Assembly: GCF_000012285.1 (NCBI RefSeq)
Contig: NC_007181.1
Coordinates: 1,110,001-1,142,000 of the forward strand
From: Sulfolobus acidocaldarius DSM 639
GTDB lineage: Archaea; Thermoproteota; Thermoprotei_A; Sulfolobales; Sulfolobaceae
Direction of reading: 5' to 3'
DNA: 32,000 nt
Shown: piece after piece, positions 29,895 to 32,000 of the stretch
How the letters are laid out: every line of letters begins with the position of its first letter
How positions within the stretch are numbered: position 1 is the stretch's first letter
Program-made: the position numbers and the translations under genes
The notes under the pieces: model-generated
What the model saw: the letters and a program-made list of their open reading frames with translations, nothing else
Databases searched by the model: none
What the model was told of the DNA's origin: nothing

Positions 29895-30488
29895 ATTATA
29901 CCTGATGAGATCCCGTATAAAGCAGTCGTAAATATAGAGAATATCGTTGCCACAGTGACTTTGGATCAAACATTGGATTTATATGCGATGGAAAGAAGCG
30001 TACCAAACGTTGAATATGATCCTGATCAATTCCCAGGATTAATATTTAGGCTTGAATCTCCCAAGATAACCTCATTAATATTTAAATCAGGAAAAATGGT
30101 CGTTACTGGAGCTAAAAGTACAGATGAGCTAATAAAGGCTGTAAAACGAATTATAAAAACCCTTAAAAAATATGGAATGCAACTAACAGGAAAACCTAAG
30201 ATACAAATACAAAACATAGTCGCATCAGCTAATCTGCACGTTATAGTTAACCTTGATAAAGCAGCATTCCTGCTAGAGAATAACATGTACGAACCAGAGC
30301 AGTTCCCAGGTCTAATATATAGAATGGATGAGCCCAGAGTTGTTCTATTAATTTTTAGCAGTGGTAAAATGGTTATTACAGGAGCTAAGAGAGAAGATGA
30401 AGTTCATAAGGCTGTTAAAAAAATATTCGATAAACTGGTAGAGTTAGATTGTGTAAAGCCCGTTGAAGAAGAAGAGTTAGAATTTTAA
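29895..30488 (+). CDS. tbp: TATA-box binding protein (TBP); N-terminus extended beyond the track call to an in-frame ATT
   Basis: Two TBP repeats are visible: [19 protein letters not shown]...QFPGLIFRL...[11 protein letters not shown] and [18 protein letters not shown]...QFPGLIYRM...[11 protein letters not shown], followed by the acidic tail EEEELEF. The track start (GTG 29955) would delete the first strand of repeat 1. The frame is open back to the TGA at 29889-29891, and the only start-like codons there are ATT 29895 and ATA 29898. Confidence 0.85.
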   Translation: MIPDEIPYKAVVNIENIVATVTLDQTLDLYAMERSVPNVEYDPDQFPGLIFRLESPKITSLIFKSGKMVVTGAKSTDELIKAVKRIIKTLKKYGMQLTGKPKIQIQNIVASANLHVIVNLDKAAFLLENNMYEPEQFPGLIYRMDEPRVVLLIFSSGKMVITGAKREDEVHKAVKKIFDKLVELDCVKPVEEEELEF

Positions 30489-30517
30489 GATTGAATTCGT
30501 AATAAACGTGATTGAGT

Positions 30518-30745
30518 ATGCTTAAGCATCAGAAATACGTGTACGTTGATATTGGAGATCAGAAAAAATTTTTGAAAGTTAGATTCCTGAAATCCAGGAG
30601 TGAAAATAACAATCCTGAGGCGTATGTAATATTAGACAAAATATCAATTAAATTACCTAGAAACGCTAAAGTAATAAAATATGAAGATTTACCTGCAGAA
30701 GTAAAGGATAAGTTAAAACTTAAGCTTTCTTCCTCTAAGAAGTAG
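30518..30745 (+). CDS. Hypothetical small basic protein (75 aa from the ATG; the track uses TTG 30512)
   Basis: MLKHQKYVYVDIGDQKKFLKVRFLKSRSE...KDKLKLKLSSSKK is probably beta-rich with a Lys-rich tail. No motif recognised. It lies directly downstream of tbp. Confidence 0.45.
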   Translation: MLKHQKYVYVDIGDQKKFLKVRFLKSRSENNNPEAYVILDKISIKLPRNAKVIKYEDLPAEVKDKLKLKLSSSKK

Positions 30746-31799
30746 TTGAAGGATTATTAAATTTATATTTTTCTAATAATATTAATAGAATATAAATTCC
30801 TATCAGCACTATTGTGGTTATAGATAACGAATAAATTATTTGAAGTTGCAATACCTGAAGACTACTACCTATACTTTTATATATTGTAACCATCATATAA
30901 TATATCACTACAGTTGTTATAATTCTATAAATATCATGCCATACTCTTATATTTCTATCTAGAAGCTTAGTTACTGCTCTTCCTCCAAATAATACTACTA
31001 TCCCGAATATCAAGAATGGCATAATAGAAAATAATACCTGGAGAACTCCTAATAAATTATAGGACTTTAATGTAGTAAATACAGAATACCCGTAAACTAT
31101 GCCCAATATCACAGAAAATATAAAAATAATTGAAACTACAACCATTATGGAAGAACTTTTCCATAACTCTTCTACTGTTTCGTCTAACCTTAAACCTCTA
31201 ATTATAAATGCAGCGCCTATGATAATTAGCACGACAGGCGTCGCATATGAAGTTAAATTTAGTATTGAAAGAAGACCTATTATCAGAAGAATTACACCGG
31301 GGACACCTAAAAATATCTTAGAAAATCGAGGTTCAGAAAGAGCCTTTTTTATATATCTACCCAATAAAACATATGTTTCCTCTACAGATCTATACTGCTC
31401 AACTAGAACTCTTTCTATTCCAGCAACCTGCAACCTAGATTCTATTATAGGTATAGCTTTAGCATCCTCTGGGCTATCATAAACTATAATAGCTTTAGTA
31501 GGATTTACAGCTTTTATTACCATATCAAGCTTTTCCGTAAATGCAAGTTGGCTTTCTAAGGAACCCTTTTGAGACCCAGATATTAACGCGATCTCTACAT
31601 CAGAGCCTTCACTTCTAATCTTATTATATATATTATAGGCTACTAACAGCGTATTAAGATCGGAATCTGTCGGTATTTTCTCTTCTGCTATTCTTATAGC
31701 CTTAGCTACTTCCTCTTGGCCAATCACTGGTGTAGAAATCCCAATACTTCCTAGATCATCATCAATATCAACGTATATCACTATTAGTTTGTCCATCAC
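30735..31799 (-). CDS. Integral membrane protein with an N-terminal soluble domain (DUF373-like archaeal family)
   Basis: A soluble N-terminal ~160 aa (LIVIYVDIDDDLG...) is followed by about 6-7 hydrophobic helices. The DUF373 assignment comes from my memory of the family pattern and is not verified. Confidence 0.6.
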   Translation of the reverse strand: MMDKLIVIYVDIDDDLGSIGISTPVIGQEEVAKAIRIAEEKIPTDSDLNTLLVAYNIYNKIRSEGSDVEIALISGSQKGSLESQLAFTEKLDMVIKAVNPTKAIIVYDSPEDAKAIPIIESRLQVAGIERVLVEQYRSVEETYVLLGRYIKKALSEPRFSKIFLGVPGVILLIIGLLSILNLTSYATPVVLIIIGAAFIIRGLRLDETVEELWKSSSIMVVVSIIFIFSVILGIVYGYSVFTTLKSYNLLGVLQVLFSIMPFLIFGIVVLFGGRAVTKLLDRNIRVWHDIYRIITTVVIYYMMVTIYKSIGSSLQVLQLQIIYSLSITTIVLIGIYILLILLEKYKFNNPSTTS

Positions 31800-32000
31800 T
31801 ATTATCCTTATTATAATAGAGGATTAAAAGTTCATCAAAGGAAAGTCTCTTATTGTTTTTAAGCTTCTCTTCAACCTGTTTTCTCTTGTTTTCCAAAGCT
31901 TCTGAGTTTATTGTACTCCTTAATTGCTGCTCATATAAGTCTGTCACGTTCATATTTCTAACTTCTTCCCTTCTTTTCTTTAATTCCTCTTTTATACGAC
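31768..32000 (-). CDS. Partial (5'-truncated by window edge) coiled-coil protein
   Basis: The track lists 61 aa from the ATG at 31953, but the frame stays open upstream to the window edge (RIKEELKKRREEVRN-MNVTDLYEQQL...). It is charged and heptad-like. Its 3' end overlaps the start of the membrane protein gene by 32 nt. Confidence 0.4.
   Translation of the reverse strand, partial: RIKEELKKRREEVRNMNVTDLYEQQLRSTINSEALENKRKQVEEKLKNNKRLSFDELLILYYNKDNSDGQTNSDIR

Noticed and set aside
30026-30286. Track ORF 30026..30286(-)
   Set aside because: It is antisense to tbp.
31099-31482. Track ORF 31099..31482(+)
   Set aside because: It is antisense to the membrane protein gene, whose hydrophobic-helix pattern is convincing.

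Overview
This is an AT-rich (roughly one-third GC by eye), very densely packed archaeal chromosome segment. Its gene content and order are typical of Sulfolobales, and the Cren7, Alba1/Alba2, reverse gyrase, Topo VI and TBP sequences look Sulfolobus acidocaldarius-like. That assignment comes from my recollection of these protein families, not from a search. The region is core housekeeping. I see no CRISPR array, transposon, integrase, toxin-antitoxin pair or defence island, and I do not think it hides a large novel multi-gene system. Recognisable content falls into four groups. (1) A chromatin, topology and transcription set: Cren7, Topo VI A/B, Lhr-like helicase, Alba2, reverse gyrase, Alba1, XPB and TBP. 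(2) A translation and tRNA-maturation set: tRNA-Leu(CAA), SRP54, aIF5A, deoxyhypusine synthase, RtcB, Pus10-like, GatC/GatA, Taw1 and diphthine synthase. (3) A flavin cofactor pair, RibK and RibL. (4) Homocitrate synthase with a C-terminal regulatory domain, UMP kinase, an SDR, CutA and a metallophosphoesterase. Several things are not explained by the ORF track. Four box C/D sRNA candidates sit in the small intergenic gaps, and three of them carry paired substitutions at K-turn partner positions. A 53-codon ORF upstream of xpb overlaps the open xpb frame across an A-AAA-AAT heptamer in exact -1 frameshift register. Two genes (tbp and ribK), and possibly xpb, have clearly conserved N-terminal coding sequence upstream of any in-frame ATG/GTG/TTG, which suggests AUU/AUA initiation or another recoding event. 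Finally, there is an unlisted 58-aa zinc-ribbon ORF and two edge-truncated ORFs. All function calls rest on motif recognition by eye. No searches or folding calculations were run.
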